62,858 nt of DNA, filler included, from Sluysia triapertura (GCA_046118255.1; 5 parts of 5 records of this genome joined end to end with filler, not necessarily neighbours in it), one strand, 5' to 3'. Shown: positions 13,891 through 28,677, numbered from the whole stretch's first letter. The notes: a model not told the origin generated them from the sequence alone. Translations and numbers: made by a program.

Positions 13891-16800
13891 TGTTATGGTT
13901 TCAATTTTTAAGTCACATTATATGGTAAATTCAATAAGTCAGTTTAGATTTACCATAAGTCTTTTAAGATTTTTATCAATAAATTATACATCTTAATCCT
14001 AAACCAAGATACGCCGATTTCCTCCGGGTCCAAACGTGGGCTTGGATGACTCCGAGGAGCTAGATTTTTATCAACCAATAACATTGTTCCAGAAGACGAC
14101 TGGTACATTTGTATTGACAGCGAAGACATTATCACACTTGACGACGACTAAACAATAATGATTGTTTATTATCTTTATCTCATATATTCTTTCTTTTAGT
14201 GCTTGATATTTTTATATTTTTATCTTGATATAGTTTTATCCTTTTCAAATTAGAGACAGGAAAAACAGAAGCATATTCCATAATGTAAATATAATAAAAA
14301 TAATAATAATAATAACAATAATAATAAACTATTTAAAGTAAAATCGGACGCTTGAAAAAAATTAATATAAAAGTGCTATGAGCTATAAATCCAGAACAAT
14401 AATTGATAAAATTCTAAGCGACAAGAAACGTCATTACAAAATTACCATCAAAATTCATTAAAAATATTTTATTAAAAAATCAATAATGCAAACTAAATAG
14501 TATGGTAAATTGTTTTGGATTCAAATAATTAGTTGACAGCTTAAAATTTTTAAAAAGACTATCGGTATTAATAGAAAATATTATAAAAGTTATTAACAAT
14601 AAGCAATAGCTACGATTCGAAAATGAACGTGGCACTACTTCGATATTCATAATTTTTCCAGAAAACTGAGTTAAAAATTTAGTAAAAAAGATGTTAGCTT
14701 GATTTGCTCATAAGTTTTGATACATTTTAAAAAGTAACATAAAATCCACTTAAAATATTTTGTAACTTTTTACTGCCATTTTAAATAGGCAGTTTAAATC
14801 AGTATATTTATTGAAGAAAATTTAAAGATATTTATTCTTAAATTAGCAAAATCTAAAAAATTTTATATTTGCATCTTTATTATTTTTTGAAATCTGCATT
14901 TTATTCTTCTCTGAATTATTAATGTTAGTGTTGAATTTTTTATAAAATCAAAAGAGCTGTTTCAAAATATAATCTCATCTGTGACCTCTTTTTAAATAGA
15001 GTTGTAAAATCATTTTAAGAATATTATTAAAGTTTACTATTAAACTACGTGTATTATGTCAGTCATATATCATTCTTTTGATAATGTTATATATTGCTCC
15101 TATCTGCTTATGACGATATTAATGTTAGGAGCACATATGTGCAAACATATGCATTCGGATTCAATTATAAAGCAATATCCACGGACAGAAATGCATTACA
15201 AAGTAGTAGATTTATACGTCACCTATATACGTATAACCAGAATGCTCTAATATATATCCACGGAAATACGGTGTCAACAAACTTAAGTATTGTTCAATGG
15301 CATAACAATACTGACCTGTTTAGATTCACGATAAATCGTCTACAATACCAAAATCGCTCGTTTTATCTCATTTACTATAACTGTATGTCAAAAATGATTA
15401 TAAATACAAATTTCTGGATAATGAATAAATTTATGTTATTTTAATTAATAATGAGCCTGTTACGTGCCTTAAGCACGAATTTCATAATCAAGATCATTTC
15501 AAAAATTATAAAAATCTTTGTGCTACAATAAATTATAAAATTAATAGTAATGTAAATAACAATAATAATTCTTCAATAATTTCTAAACACAAACATCATA
15601 ATTATAATTCTAATATCAATGAACATATATCCACAATAAATAGTAACAATAATTATTATTAAATATACAAGACATACATATGTTTTACGATTCTGAATGG
15701 TCATGTTATATTAACTATTCAAAGTTAAAACATAAATTATTTTGACAGAGATTATATTATACATTATTTAATTTTATGAAACTCTTCATTAGTTCATATC
15801 AAATTTATTTAAGTAAGCATGTTACTATTTCATACCCTTTATAAAAATGTAAATCAATAAATGTAAATTAAATTAAATGTAAATTAAATTAAATGTTTAA
15901 AAAACTGTAAATTTGTTCATAATTATAAATTTATTTCATATTTTATCATTTAATATAGAAATATTTCACTATTAATTATAAATTTAAAATAATTTAAAAT
16001 TTTCGAATATTTTAAAATTATAAATACTGATTTACAAAATGTTGAATTATTAATAAGTTTTAAAAATTTTTATCTTTATTTTATGAATTCTATGAGCATA
16101 TTTATATATATAATTATTGCTTGATTATGGAACTAAAAATAAAACAATTTAAAGTATAATATCTGATTATTTGATTATAAAAAAACTAGTATAAAAGAAA
16201 CACAAAACAACACATTTATAAACCTTCAATGTACGAGTTCACAAGATTCACGACAGATTTTGAACACCGGTTATTTGGAAATATTACGATTATTTACGCG
16301 TAATAGTTTTTTGAAAAGCATCATTAAATTAATCACAATTTACCAGAAACGCGAAAATTATTTCACTCCTAATCAAATCTCTTAATCCTGATGTACTCCA
16401 TGAATTCGTAAGTTACGCTATACTTTTTTAGCGTTAAAATTGACCTAAAATAATCACATTTTCGACATCCAAGTATTTTAATTCTAAAATAAATTTAAAT
16501 TTTGGAGAAATCCTCAATTTCAATCATTATTAATTATCTATATATATTTCGATATTTTATTTAATTTTGTTTCATCATTGTTGAAGAAATTTTTGTTTGT
16601 TAATAAAAATAGACTGTTAATAGAATAATTAAGAATTGATATCAAAAATATTAAAATATAAACGATTCAGATTATAGTCGTAGAATAAAGATAATTATTC
16701 TAACTCCTAGTGTTAAAAAGAATTCATACTTAAGAATCATTAAGAAAGTATTTGTACAACTTTAACAAACATTATAAAAGACCCTCACTTTTAACATTAT

Positions 16801-17432
16801 TTGCAACTAAAAGAATTAAGGGAAACTTCTCGTAGATTAACTGACTTAAATCCTATAATTTGTGTCTTCTGAACGAAATAAATCATAAATTATAGGCGGA
16901 CCTTGACGTATATATATTCGTTTTATAATAAGAAACATCTTATTATAAAATTATAAACATAAATCGTATAAATGAATTTAGTAACTGTTTTATAGTCTTA
17001 ATTAAAATGAAACAAGTCCCAGAATCCATGCTTTCCTTGCGGAGTCTTTTATACAACAATGAACATTATATATTATATTCAACATCAACTAATTCACAAT
17101 GGACAGTCGATCTTTAAAATTCTTAAACTTAGATTTTCAGCTATTAGAGTTGTTCATTTAATTGTATTTATAAAATTTGATACATATTATTTTTGGTTTA
17201 TTCTCCCAGATCTTACAAATTGCATAAATTTTTTAATTCAGAAATTGTGTAATTTAAAAGTAAATAATATAAATTTAAAATTAATTCTAATAACAAAATT
17301 TATCTATCGTTTGATAAACTTAATTAATAAATCACTTTCATATAATAACTTAATAAAAAAATTAATTTTACTACTTCATAAATCAAGATATTTATCAAAT
17401 AAATTAAACTTTTTTTGAAACAAACATTACAT

Positions 17433-17730
17433 TGTTACGTACGATTTCTGATTTATTAATTGTTACGAACAAATTAAAGAGATTTAAGGAAGTTAGAAAT
17501 ACTTCAAAAATATAAATTGAACAGTTTTGAGTTGAAAATATAAAGTGATTAAATAAATAAATAAAAATTTAATTTAATTTTGTAAAGTAGCTCAAAGTTT
17601 TAGTTGTTGGTAAACTAAGATAAACAAAAGACACAAAGAATAATAATTTCAAAAGTTTTAAGAAAATTTGTTAATAATAGTGAAGAAGTGAACTAAGTTA
17701 TTGTATTAAACGATGTTATGAGAATTAAGA
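17433..17730 (+). repeat. repeat family copy starting TGTTACG (possible solo-LTR remnant)
   Basis: The first ~125 bp recur at 18085-18205 and the following ~160 bp recur at ~19440-19600. The TGT start is LTR-like. Confidence 0.6.
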
Positions 17731-18084
17731 AAATAGAATTAATAAAAATAACAGAAGATAATTTATTCAAGTAATCAAGTCGCATTCACTACTTTAATAC
17801 TAAATGGAACTTCATAGAGACATTTATAAAATTTATTTCTTTTAAGAGAAGTACAGAATTGTATTTAAAATCATTTCATGAACATATAATTTATGCTAGA
17901 TAAAAAAATCTTTTGTAAAATCCATTATAATATCATTATATTTTTGTATATTATTGTTTTATTGCAAGTTTATTTATTTTGCCGATAGTGCTTAATTGTT
18001 ATATACACTATTGTCGATTTTTGCATATTAATCTTTTAATTGTTTATATATGATATTGTTGATTTTGTATAATAAACCTTCCAT

Positions 18085-18205
18085 TGTTACGTATGTTTTC
18101 TGATTTATTAGTTGTTACAAATAAATTAAAGAAAAGTAAGGAAGTTAGAAATACTTCAAAGATATAAATTAAACAGTTTTGATTTGAAGGTATAAAGTAA
18201 TTAAA
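18085..18205 (+). repeat. truncated second copy of the TGTTACG repeat, followed by (CA)n(TA)n
   Basis: TAAGGAAGTTAGAAATACTTCAAA is shared with ~17486. Confidence 0.7.
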
Positions 18206-18213
18206 AGTTATAG

Positions 18214-18266
<53 letters not shown>

Positions 18267-19439
18267 AATAAAATTTAAATTATTTTATATTTTAAATGTT
18301 AATTAAAATTAAACTACTTTTATGTTCTTTTAAAAACAAAAAGTATTAAGGAAAATATTAATAAAATTAAATTATTAATGATTCATTAAAAAACAAAAAG
18401 TATTAAATAATAACATGTACGAAATGAATAAACTATTATAATAGATTAAAAAACAATGGAAAAAGAACTTATTGTAATTGAAATAACAATAAAATAATAC
18501 AATGAATTAAAATTAAATAAAAAATTAAGTATGAACAATGGTTGAAATGTAATAATGAAAATTAAGTAATTTTACCATACATTACAAAATAATTTTACGT
18601 AAAAGAAGGAAATTATAACATTATGAAAACTGGATGATATAAATAGGCAAACACTAGGGCTTTAAAATATTATTATTTGATTCAAGGTATCCAGTTTGGT
18701 GAAAAAAGATTATTTGATTTAAGATTCAACATCCAGTTTTATTATTATTTGATTCAAGTGAAGAATTAGTATTCTTTGATTCAATATTCGATATGTTAAT
18801 CCAATTGTTGAAAATTCTACTTAGTGAAAATTTCATCGATTCGGGAAAATTAAATTGCGCAAATCCATTTAAAGTATTCGGAGTTACAAAGGGTAATTAA
18901 TTCCGTCCCAGGTACTTTATTTAACAAAGCTAAAGTAACTAATTATTGATTATTATTACATTTTAACCATCTAATTTTAAATTTTATTTTTTATCATCAA
19001 AATAAAATTCAAGAAAAATGGAAAAGAAAAGCTTTTAAAATAAAAATAAACGTGTTAGGACATTTTTAATTTTTGAAGAAAGATCAGAGTCGTTTTTACC
19101 TGTGGTACGTTTATTTTATTACGAAATTTTATACGAAATCATTTTTATATATCTTATCGTTGTTAAATTTAAATTCATACTTTGTTATTAATATATTTTT
19201 GGCGGTTTAGTTCGTTTTAATTAATTAAGAAGGGAAGACGTGAATTTGCTCGTATCAAACAAAATAGCACTTCTATCTCTCATATCAGAGACGAGCGAAC
19301 AGTAACCCCCAGAAGATATTATAAGTGTTAGGAAATAATCATCTTAGGTCTAAGTAGCGCATGTACGAAAAAGAATAACCTAAGTTGCTCAAAAAGAAAA
19401 TATAAACTAATACTTTAACTTAAATTCTTAAAGAAATAA

Positions 19440-19740
19440 AAGTTTAATTTAAATTTCTAAAGTAGCTCAGAGCTTTAAGCTGTTAGTAAACTGAGATAAA
19501 CATAAATTGCAGAGAATAATACTTTCGAAATTTTTAAGAAACGTTTTAAGATTTTTGAAAAATTGAACTGAGTTATTATATTAAACGATATTAAGAGAAC
19601 TACGTAACTAAGTATACTAAAGTAATAAGAGATCAAATTTTTAAGATTTGTAAAAGACGTATTCACGACATTTCACCACTTATGAAATTTCTAAGAAGTA
19701 GGTTTGAAATTTTAAACGATGTAAGAGTCAGTGCAACATG
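19440..19740 (+). repeat. third fragment of the same repeat family
   Basis: TAAAGTAGCTCA...GTAAACT-AGATAAACA...TATTAAACGAT is shared with 17580-17725. It ends near GCAACA. Confidence 0.55.
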
Positions 19741-20962
19741 TACAGTCCCTCACATACAACATATTCGCATACAAAAAACCTTACGAATACGTCGCATTAA
19801 ACTTAAATCGTAGATCGTAGGTGAGCTCTAAGTGACAAGAATTAAGAAAATAAATTTTTTCAGTTAAAAAATACAGTGCAAGTTGAATTCACAAAACCGA
19901 ATCGAAAACGAATGTAAACCCTATTATAATAAAAATAATAATTATAAGCCAAATTCTCGGCGAACCAAAATCTCCCATCCTCTACCTCCTCGCTCATTTT
20001 CATTATGTACATGGATGGCTCCCTTATTCTCATCGATGCTTTTATCAACAAAAAGGAAACCAATATATGCACAAATGAAGCTGAAAAAGTCCCAATAAGA
20101 TCTACATCTTCTAACCAATCTTTTGTATAAAATGTTCAAATGGTTGTGTAAAAATGTAATTTTTAATTTTATACAATAAATTAGAATAAATATAAAAGTT
20201 CTTTATTTATATTATAAATTAGATCATCATCTTTGTCACCGGATAAAATATTTTGAAAAACAAAATTAAGTGCTGAGTTTGTTGTAATTGCTGAGATAGT
20301 TATTATTACAATTAATCATTACCATTATCAACAATTGTTATATTTAAATGTTTTGAGAAACGCTAAAAAAGTGAGGATAAGAGGTATTTAAATGTTTTTT
20401 AAAAGTGTATTACTTAAGAATTTATGTTATGGTATAGAAAAATTAATGTATTGGTTAATTGTTTACTCAATGTAACGATTGTTTAAGTGATTCATTTCTG
20501 TTTTATATGGATAGATAACTTGATAACATTAAAGTTTGAATTATTAGGTAAACCACTACACAATCTTCTAACTCAGGAGTGGGATGATCCTGTGGAGGCA
20601 ACTGACCCTATTAGTTTTTTTCTACTGACTGTTCTATGATTAATGACAACAGTAATAGCATAATAGTAATAAGGTTTTAATTTTGTAAATTTAAGTTATT
20701 GTGAAATTGAAAATATGTCAAACTATCCTGATTGTTGTATGTAATATGAAAAGTTTTTAATTGTTGTGTTTGAGTTGAAATTTGGTTGTTAATTTTTTTG
20801 CATTGAGTTCACCGCAAAAACAATTTGTTAATTTAAATGTGATCATAACTTTTCATAATAAATCAAAAATTTCTTAGTTTTCTTTCATTAATCAATGTAT
20901 ATAACCAGCAAAACCAAATTACGACGGAAATTGTTTGTGAACTCCATCTTTTAAATTTATTA

Positions 20963-21559
20963 CTACCTCTGTCCGAAAATATGGTATACATTTCTTAAAA
21001 AATACGAGATTATTGAAAGTAGTTAATATTTAAGCCTTTTTTCATTTTAAATACATTTTAATGAAATTTAAATTTCATCCAGTATGGGTACAAAATAGCG
21101 AACCATAATGAAAATTGTGATCAAATGTGCCGAAAAAGATCAAATCATCACAACTAACCAATAACAAAAATTATTGCAATACAAAAAATGAAATAAACTG
21201 CAATATTTTGCAATAAACATTGTTGCCATCCAAGTTAGTCGATTAACTCTTTCCCGAATTTGAACATAGCTAAAAAACAATTGTGTCGGCCAAATTTTTG
21301 CGAATGTTTCATCGAGTACACAAGAAAAATGCGGAAGAAAACTTAAAAATTATTCGCAAAATTGAAAAATGTCCCATTAAACCGTCGTGGAACAATTCGC
21401 AGTTTAGCTGCTGCTATTGACATCCCAAGCTAAACACTTTTTGATACTTTTAAACGTGGTACTTGTTTTAAACGTATATCGTTAAATCTGTTAAATGTAT
21501 ACCATATTTTCAGTCAAGTAAAAAATCCTAATGTAAACCATATTTTCGGACAGAGGTAG
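20963..21559 (+). mobile_element. DD39D-type (Stowaway/Osmar-like) mariner, internally deleted
   Basis: 23-bp perfect TIR CTACCTCTGTCCGAAAATATGGT with a TA flank on the left. Internal EKCGRK...KNVPLNRRGTIRSLAAAIDIPS*TLFDTFKRG matches the DD39D transposase HTH region. Confidence 0.8.
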
Positions 21560-22002
21560 CATAATATTAGTATTTTATTGTATAAAATCAAGCACTGCAA
21601 GTTAGAAATACCAACTTTTCATTCACATAATTTGTAAGTTAGAGACAAAAATAATAAATATTCCTGCAGTATACAAGCATTAGATGAATTTTGAACTTTT
21701 TAATACGAACAAACACGAAACTTGTTTAACAGGTTCAGCAAATGGAAATAGTATAAATCTAGAAATGCACACCATACAAAAAAACAAATAAAATGACCTT
21801 AAATCTTTCTAATGATGCAGATTTTAATAAAGCTCATTGAACAAGTTTTAGACCTTTACAAAATAAGTTATATAAAATAACATTATGTGTATAAGAGTGC
21901 TTGTTTTTTCTTCATAGAATTTTTCAACAATAAATTCAGTATCTGTATTAATCTTCTATAGGTCCTATTTCATTCCAACGAAAAAACACAAAATTTTCTC
22001 AA

Positions 22003-22105
22003 TTAACCTCTTGTCGCCCGGTGAGTCATATACGACTCAAACTGAAAACTATAATTTATTGAACAAATGCCTTTACTTATTCCCTTATAGCCCACTGTAG
22101 CGTTT
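22003..22105 (+). mobile_element. piggyBac-like left end, truncated by the contig edge
   Basis: TTAA-CCTCTTG followed by the subterminal palindrome GAGTCATATACGACTC. Confidence 0.5.
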
Positions 22106-22205
22106 NNNNNNNNNNNNNNNNNNNNNNNNNNNNNNNNNNNNNNNNNNNNTTAATTAATTAANNNNNNNNNNNNNNNNNNNNNNNNNNNNNNNNNNNNNNN
22201 NNNNN
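22106..22205. other. artificial contig-joining spacer
   Basis: N44-TTAATTAATTAA-N44. Confidence 0.97.
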
Positions 22206-22575
22206 AATCTAGGATCTTTATAGTTAGGACGATGTGAAATACTTCGTTTACAATCAAGAGAAAATTCAATTCGTGAAGAAAATACATCTAAATCATTAAA
22301 ATAACGATCACCTATAGCATCTTGAGCATAACGTTTATCATCAAAACAACAAAAATAAAAGGTGGTTCATTAGGAATTTTAATGTCTATATCATTGTCTA
22401 TATTAATGCCTAAAACATCAAAAATTTTTATTAAATTCTGATACTGAACAATCTGTTGACATGAAGACATAATAACTGTTGAGGCTATATTAGAAATTGT
22501 CTTTTGTAGCTTCTGATTTGACGTATTACTTGTTTTAGAAGTTATTAAAATGTCTACCATCAACTGATACACTGT
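22206..22575 (-). pseudogene. frameshifted SRSF1/9-like RRM exon
   Basis: Acceptor ttttag at 22576. Two frames join to DIDIKIPNEPPFIF/CFDDKRYAQDAIGDRYFNDLDVFSSRIEF, compared with SRSF1 [45 protein letters not shown]. Confidence 0.65.
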
Positions 22576-22949
22576 CTAAAATTGATTATTAATTAATCAT
22601 TTATTTTAATATATTATAATTATTAAATTTTAAGTATAGGGTGGATCACTACAAAGCAATTTTATACTCTTGATTTTTATTCTGAAATTTTTATAATTCA
22701 GTATTCTATTGAATATAATAAATTAGCTAAAATTTATTATTTCAGTTTTGATAAAGTAAATGTCCTTAATATCCATTTTTATATTAAAGAATCGATTAAT
22801 TTTGTAATTAAATTATCAAAAAATAAAAATTTTATTTTATTAACTTCTAAAAAAATTTATATGAATAATCATTGTTTTAATTTTAATAAACACCTTTTAA
22901 CACAAACATTCCAACTTTTTAATGATAATTGTTATTTTAATTTCATCAA

Positions 22950-23700
22950 TTTCAAAAATTTTTAATCATTTGCGATCATTATTGCCGTTTTTTAAGCGGA
23001 CTGATAATCGACCCGATGTAGCAACGACTATATTTTTATCTCTTTTACGATTTTTAATTACCAAATCTGTAGTTACTGCCAATAGTTAACCAAATGTATC
23101 TCTTAAATTTCATAATTTACTAACATTTTGAATTCTGAGATTAAGTTGACAAATTATAAGCAAAGGAGATTGAAAAGTAATACTTGTAACTTCTGTTGTC
23201 CTTTCAAATTCTCCAATAACACTATCAATGAAATATGATATTAAAATATCGGGAAAACGTATTACTTAGATTCTTTCTGTCATTACTTCGAAAATTACTG
23301 GTTAAAGCGTCTTTATAAGATCTCATCAGAAAAAATCCAGTCCCATTGCTACAAATAACGAAGGCAACATAATGAAACTGCTCGAACTAAAGGATTGTGA
23401 TTCCTTAAAAATTGCTTCAAGCACATATAAATATTTTTTATGTTCGTCTTTTTTTACAATGATCAACCAATACATTTATATAAGCTATGTATAATGAAGT
23501 ATCTATACTGAATTAATGTGTAATATTATCGTTATCCAATCAGCTTTTGGATCGCTACCTCAAAATTCATATGAACTTTTTTAACGGCTGTTAGATCTAT
23601 TTACACATTTTGTCGATGTGACTTCATTATGACAAATTTATGCAAAGACTTTATTTAGATTCGAACCAATGTAAGCGTATTTTAAAATAGAAACGTTGGT
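22950..23700 (-). mobile_element. heavily decayed hAT-like transposase remnant
   Basis: Scattered motifs such as AVTTD and MLPSLFV with many stops. No termini were identified. Confidence 0.35.
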
Positions 23701-24749
23701 GCCAAAATTAATATCAAAAACTTGTTAAAAATAACCTCCATTTAACTGTAAATTAAAAATAAAATTTCTAAAAACAACTTTTTTTAACATTTTTCAATTC
23801 AAAACATAAAATATTTAAAATAAAAAACATAAGCATCTTCCAAACATGTGGAATTATCGCTTGTATTTAAACTTTTCTTTAACATATTTTCTTAACTTCC
23901 TTCTTGAAATATATTTTCTTTAACGAGAGAGTAACAATAAATTTTAATATTTAAAAGGAAACTTCAACAGCGCTGCACAAATAACATAAAGCATAAATAT
24001 ATTTTCAACAAATATTCGGCAAAAATTACGATCTCTTCGTTATTCCATAAATTTAATAATTTGTTTACGACTTTGAAAAATAAATGAAATAATCAAAAAA
24101 TGAAAAAAAACTATCTATACAAAATGATGTTGCAGTAAAATATTTACATAATTTAACATAATTTTTTTTAAACATGATTTAGAATATTAAATATTAATGT
24201 TATCAAAAATAAGTATTTTTGATTTATTATTCGAGATCAAAATTTTTAATTTTTAATTGATACTAATTGTTCATGCATATATCATCATAAGTGTTGATAC
24301 TTATATTGTTATTGATTAGAAGCTTTGAGACATATACTGTCATTAAGTATTGATTCATTTACGATTATTAATCAATTTTAACTACCTTTTGAATGTATTA
24401 TTTTTAATTGTGCATTTTAATTATGATTTTTTAACTTCCCGAGAAAAGACAGATCTTAAGTCACTTAAAAAAGGGAAAGTTACAAGTATTGATATATTTG
24501 TGAGTAGCCAACAGATAGATGTCAAAACAGCACAAGTTATTAGCTATTGATTCAATTACTATAGTAAATTAATTAAATAAGAGAGATTGAGCACGCCTTA
24601 AACAAAAAGAAATCAAACCCTCGTAGCTACAATTATTATAAAGTAAATCGTATAATAATAAATATTATTAACATTTTTACTTTTAAATATTAAAATTGTA
24701 ATTAATTTATTTATTACTCATAATTTTTCAGATAGTTTGCCCTAACTAT

Positions 24750-24952
24750 NNNNNNNNNNNNNNNNNNNNNNNNNNNNNNNNNNNNNNNNNNNNNNNNNNN
24801 NNNNNNNNNNNNNNNNNNNNNNNNNNNNNNNNNNNNNNNNNNNNNNNNNNNNNNNNNNNNNNNNNNNNNNNNNNNNNNNNNNNNNNNNNNNNNNNNNNNN
24901 NNNNNNNNNNNNNNNNNNNNNNNNNNNNNNNNNNNNNNNNNNNNNNNNNNNN
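24750..24952. other. assembly gap
   Basis: N run. Confidence 0.99.
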
Positions 24953-25383
24953 AGTACCTAGTAAAAAATAATTACTCAAAAGCGCCACTTTTTAACTAAT
25001 AATTTAACAATTTAAAGTTTATCTTACATTGTATTAATACTACACTTAGGGGTTAATATTAAATTGTACTGATATTATAGTGAAATTGTAATAATATTAT
25101 ATTAAATATGTACTAATAATTTGTTATGTAATAAAACTAGAGTCTTTTATCAAAAATGAACTTAATTTAAATCATTTCATTGAATATTATCTATTGACTT
25201 TGGCATACTTAACCGGTTACAGCCCATTTTAATAAAAATGTGGTAATTGCACAAAATTATCGTGTTACGTAATTTTGCAAATGAGAACTAATTAATGAAT
25301 CATGAATTTACGATAAAATATATTCAGCACATTTTCAAATGATAATATGAATCTGATACATACAAAGTCCTAGTTTTTTTCAA

Positions 25384-25390
25384 TATAAAA
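25384..25390 (+). promoter_or_regulatory. candidate TATA box of the glucosidase gene
   Basis: TATAAAA about 30 bp upstream of the ATG. Weak evidence in AT-rich DNA. Confidence 0.3.
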
Positions 25391-25419
25391 GTAATTTTAA
25401 AATCAAAAATAATGCACAA

Positions 25420-27196
25420 ATGATTAAAGTTATCTTAGTAAATGTGATTTTAAACGTCAGTTTACTGATGGCAAATCAATGTATGATTGACAATGACAAT
25501 AAACTGGATTGCCATCCAGAACCAGAAGCAACCAAAGAAAAATGTGAATCCAGAAGCTGTTGTTGGAAACCCGTTACACAATTCATTAATAATATTAATC
25601 CTGGTATACCTTATTGCTACTTTCCGAAAGATTATAAGCAATATTTTATAATTGATAATCGCAAAACTGATAGTGGTTATTGGGTCAAAATACAAAAGAA
25701 GCAAATATCTCATTTCCAAAATGATATTATGACATTAGATGTTAATATCATATTTGAAACTAAAGAAAGATTGCGAATTAAAATCCAAGATCCTTATTCT
25801 AAACGTTATGAAGTTCCTATTGAACTTGATAAGCCACAGATTAATCTGAAAAATGTTGATTATGAAGTTATTCTACCACAATCTGGTCCCTTCACAATTA
25901 CAGTAATGAGAAAATCTGATGGACTTCTCATGTATAAATTGCTGAATCCTATAATATTTACTGATCAATTTTTACAACTGACACTTAGACTTGGTGTTAA
26001 TAAAGGTTATGGTATTGGGGAGTATAACACTAAATTATTACATGATCTTAATGAAAGGAACATAGTCGGTTTGTGGAATCGAGATTATCCAGTTGAAGAT
26101 AATCAAAATTTATATGGAACACATCCCGTTTTTGTGGCTATGCCAGAAAATGGTACTGCATACGGTCTTTATTTTCACAATAGTAATGCTCAAGAATTTA
26201 TTTCACAACCGTATACTTTAACTTTTAGAACTATTGGTGGAATTCTGGATTTTTTTTTGTTCACCGGTGACACACCAGCCAAAACAGTTCAACAATATAC
26301 ACAATTAATTGGTCGGCCAACTCTTCAACCATTCTGGTCTTTAGGATTCCATTTATGTCGCTATGGTTACAAAAAATTAAGTGATGTTTCAGAAACCTTA
26401 GAAAGAAATCGTAAAGCTAATATTCCGATTGAAGCACAGTGGACCGATATTGATTATATGGATGGAAATAAAGTTTTTACAGTGGACCCAATTAACTTTA
26501 AAGGATTGGGTGAATTTGTTAAAAAAGTACAAAGTGAATACGGAATGAAATACGTTGTCATATTAGATCCAGCTATTGCCATTAAAAAACGAAATACATA
26601 TCAAGCTTTTGATGACGGAATAGATATGGATATATTCATTTATGATATCAATACTGGGAAACCATATTTAGGTTCTGTTTGGCCAGGTCCAACCTATTTT
26701 CCCGATTTTACGCATCCAAATATTAGTACATATTGGACAAAACAAATCAAAAACTTTCTGAAAGATGTTCCAGTTGATGGATTATGGATAGATATGAATG
26801 AACCATCTAATTTCGACAATGAGAAATCTAAATGTACAGGCAACAATAAATATGTCAATTTACAATTCACTCCCCATATACGAAATCAATATTTGGCCTC
26901 TAAGACACTATGTCCAGATGCTGTTCATTATAACAATGTAATGCATTATGATTTACACAGTTTGTATGGTTATACCGAATCTTTAGAAACAAACAAGGCC
27001 TTGCGAATTGTACATAAAAATAAAAGGCCTTTTATACTATCTCGATCAACTTTTAGTGGAAGTGGTCACTGGGCAGCGCATTGGACAGGAGATAATGCAG
27101 CTACTTGGCAACAGATGGCTAATTCAATAAGACAAATTATAAATTTAAATATTTTCGGAATACCGATGGTTGGAGCCGATATTTGCGGATTTTTAG
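25420..27196 (+). CDS. GAA: first coding exon of a secreted/lysosomal GH31 alpha-glucosidase (GAA/MGAM-like) with trefoil domain
   Basis: Signal peptide, then trefoil DCHPEPEATKEKCESRSCCW...PYCYFP, then LGFHLCRYGY, nucleophile motif WIDMNEPSNF, acid/base motif HWTGDN and PMVGADICGF. Donor gtaaaa at 27197. I did not find the C-terminal exons. Confidence 0.95.
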
Positions 27197-28389
27197 GTAA
27201 AATTTATTGTTCAATAAAATTTAAAAAAATTAAAAGATACCTATTTTTTCACATTAGCCGCCACAAATAATGTAAATTTCACGTACTAATTAAAATTCGA
27301 GCATAACTAGAAACCCTTAGCGTATTGTTATAGTCACGAACTTACAATTTTATTAATATACAGCATCGGCTCAAAAATTGCATTTACATTTAAGCATTTA
27401 ATATCATGTTTTAATTTCAATCATACATTTCAGAACTTACATATTTTTACATAGCGCTAATATAAAATTATTAAACAATATCATATCATTCGACACTAAA
27501 GGATTACCAACAACTAGTAATATTTTAAAAAGTAAAATATATGAATATATTTAATCAATTTTAAATTTCAAACGAGTATTAATGTTTCTATAATCCAAAT
27601 TACTTTAAAGACTATCATTTAGTTTCCTCTATTTACGAAAATACGGAAAATAATGTATAAAGAAAACTAGTACACTATTTGAAGAAAATTAAATTAGCGT
27701 TTTATATTTAGATTTTAATTTACTCATCTAAATTCTTAATGCATTCACTTCATGGATTTTGCAATGAATGCAACATTACTACTTTATTATTATTTTTTTA
27801 TTAATGTTGCCTAAACCTAGTTTCATGCCAAATACGGCAGCCTCAATCAACTTATTTCAAAGATGTTAAAAGTCAATATCTATTAATATAGAAAGAACTT
27901 CAACTTATTCTTAAATACGTCAAAATAAATTACAGTTCTTTAAGATAAGATATAGTAGGATATTTAGTATTCAAAAACAGAAAAAACCTTATAATTTCTA
28001 AGACATTAATTTTTAATTATTTAATTTTATTTATCATCATCATCATCATCATCATCATCTGGAATTCCATGTATAATGAAAATTATGTTGACTAAAAATA
28101 ATAGCATTTTTATGTTGGCTTGAGCAATTTCATTACTGAACAAACACTTCTTAATTGCATCGCATAAATTCACAAATGTTAGAATTTTACGAGATAGTCT
28201 ATTGACTCTGGAACAAAGTAATACATTGGTAAAATCACCGTTAAGACTAATAGAACGACTTGGCCAGCATAACCTTTGTCACTTGGATGTTTAGAAACTT
28301 ATGGGACTCACAAAATTCTTATCAAAATTTTTGAATGTATTGAATTTTGTTGTAACATGTGATCTTGATCTATTATTTCGAGAATACGA

Positions 28390-28677
28390 NNNNNNNNNNN
28401 NNNNNNNNNNNNNNNNNNNNNNNNNNNNNNNNNNNNNNNNNNNNNNNNNNNNNNNNNNNNNNNNNNNNNNNNNNNNNNNNNNNNNNNNNNNNNNNNNNNN
28501 NNNNNNNNNNNNNNNNNNNNNNNNNNNNNNNNNNNNNNNNNNNNNNNNNNNNNNNNNNNNNNNNNNNNNNNNNNNNNNNNNNNNNNNNNNNNNNNNNNNN
28601 NNNNNNNNNNNNNNNNNNNNNNNNNNNNNNNNNNNNNNNNNNNNNNNNNNNNNNNNNNNNNNNNNNNNNNNNNNNNN
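28390..28677. other. assembly gap
   Basis: N run. Confidence 0.99.

Noticed and set aside
15094-15444. 116-aa ORF
   Set aside because: No recognisable motif or splice support, so it cannot be distinguished from chance or decayed repeat sequence.
17059-17418. 119-aa ORF
   Set aside because: I/L/K/N/F-rich translation of AT-rich DNA, with no motif.
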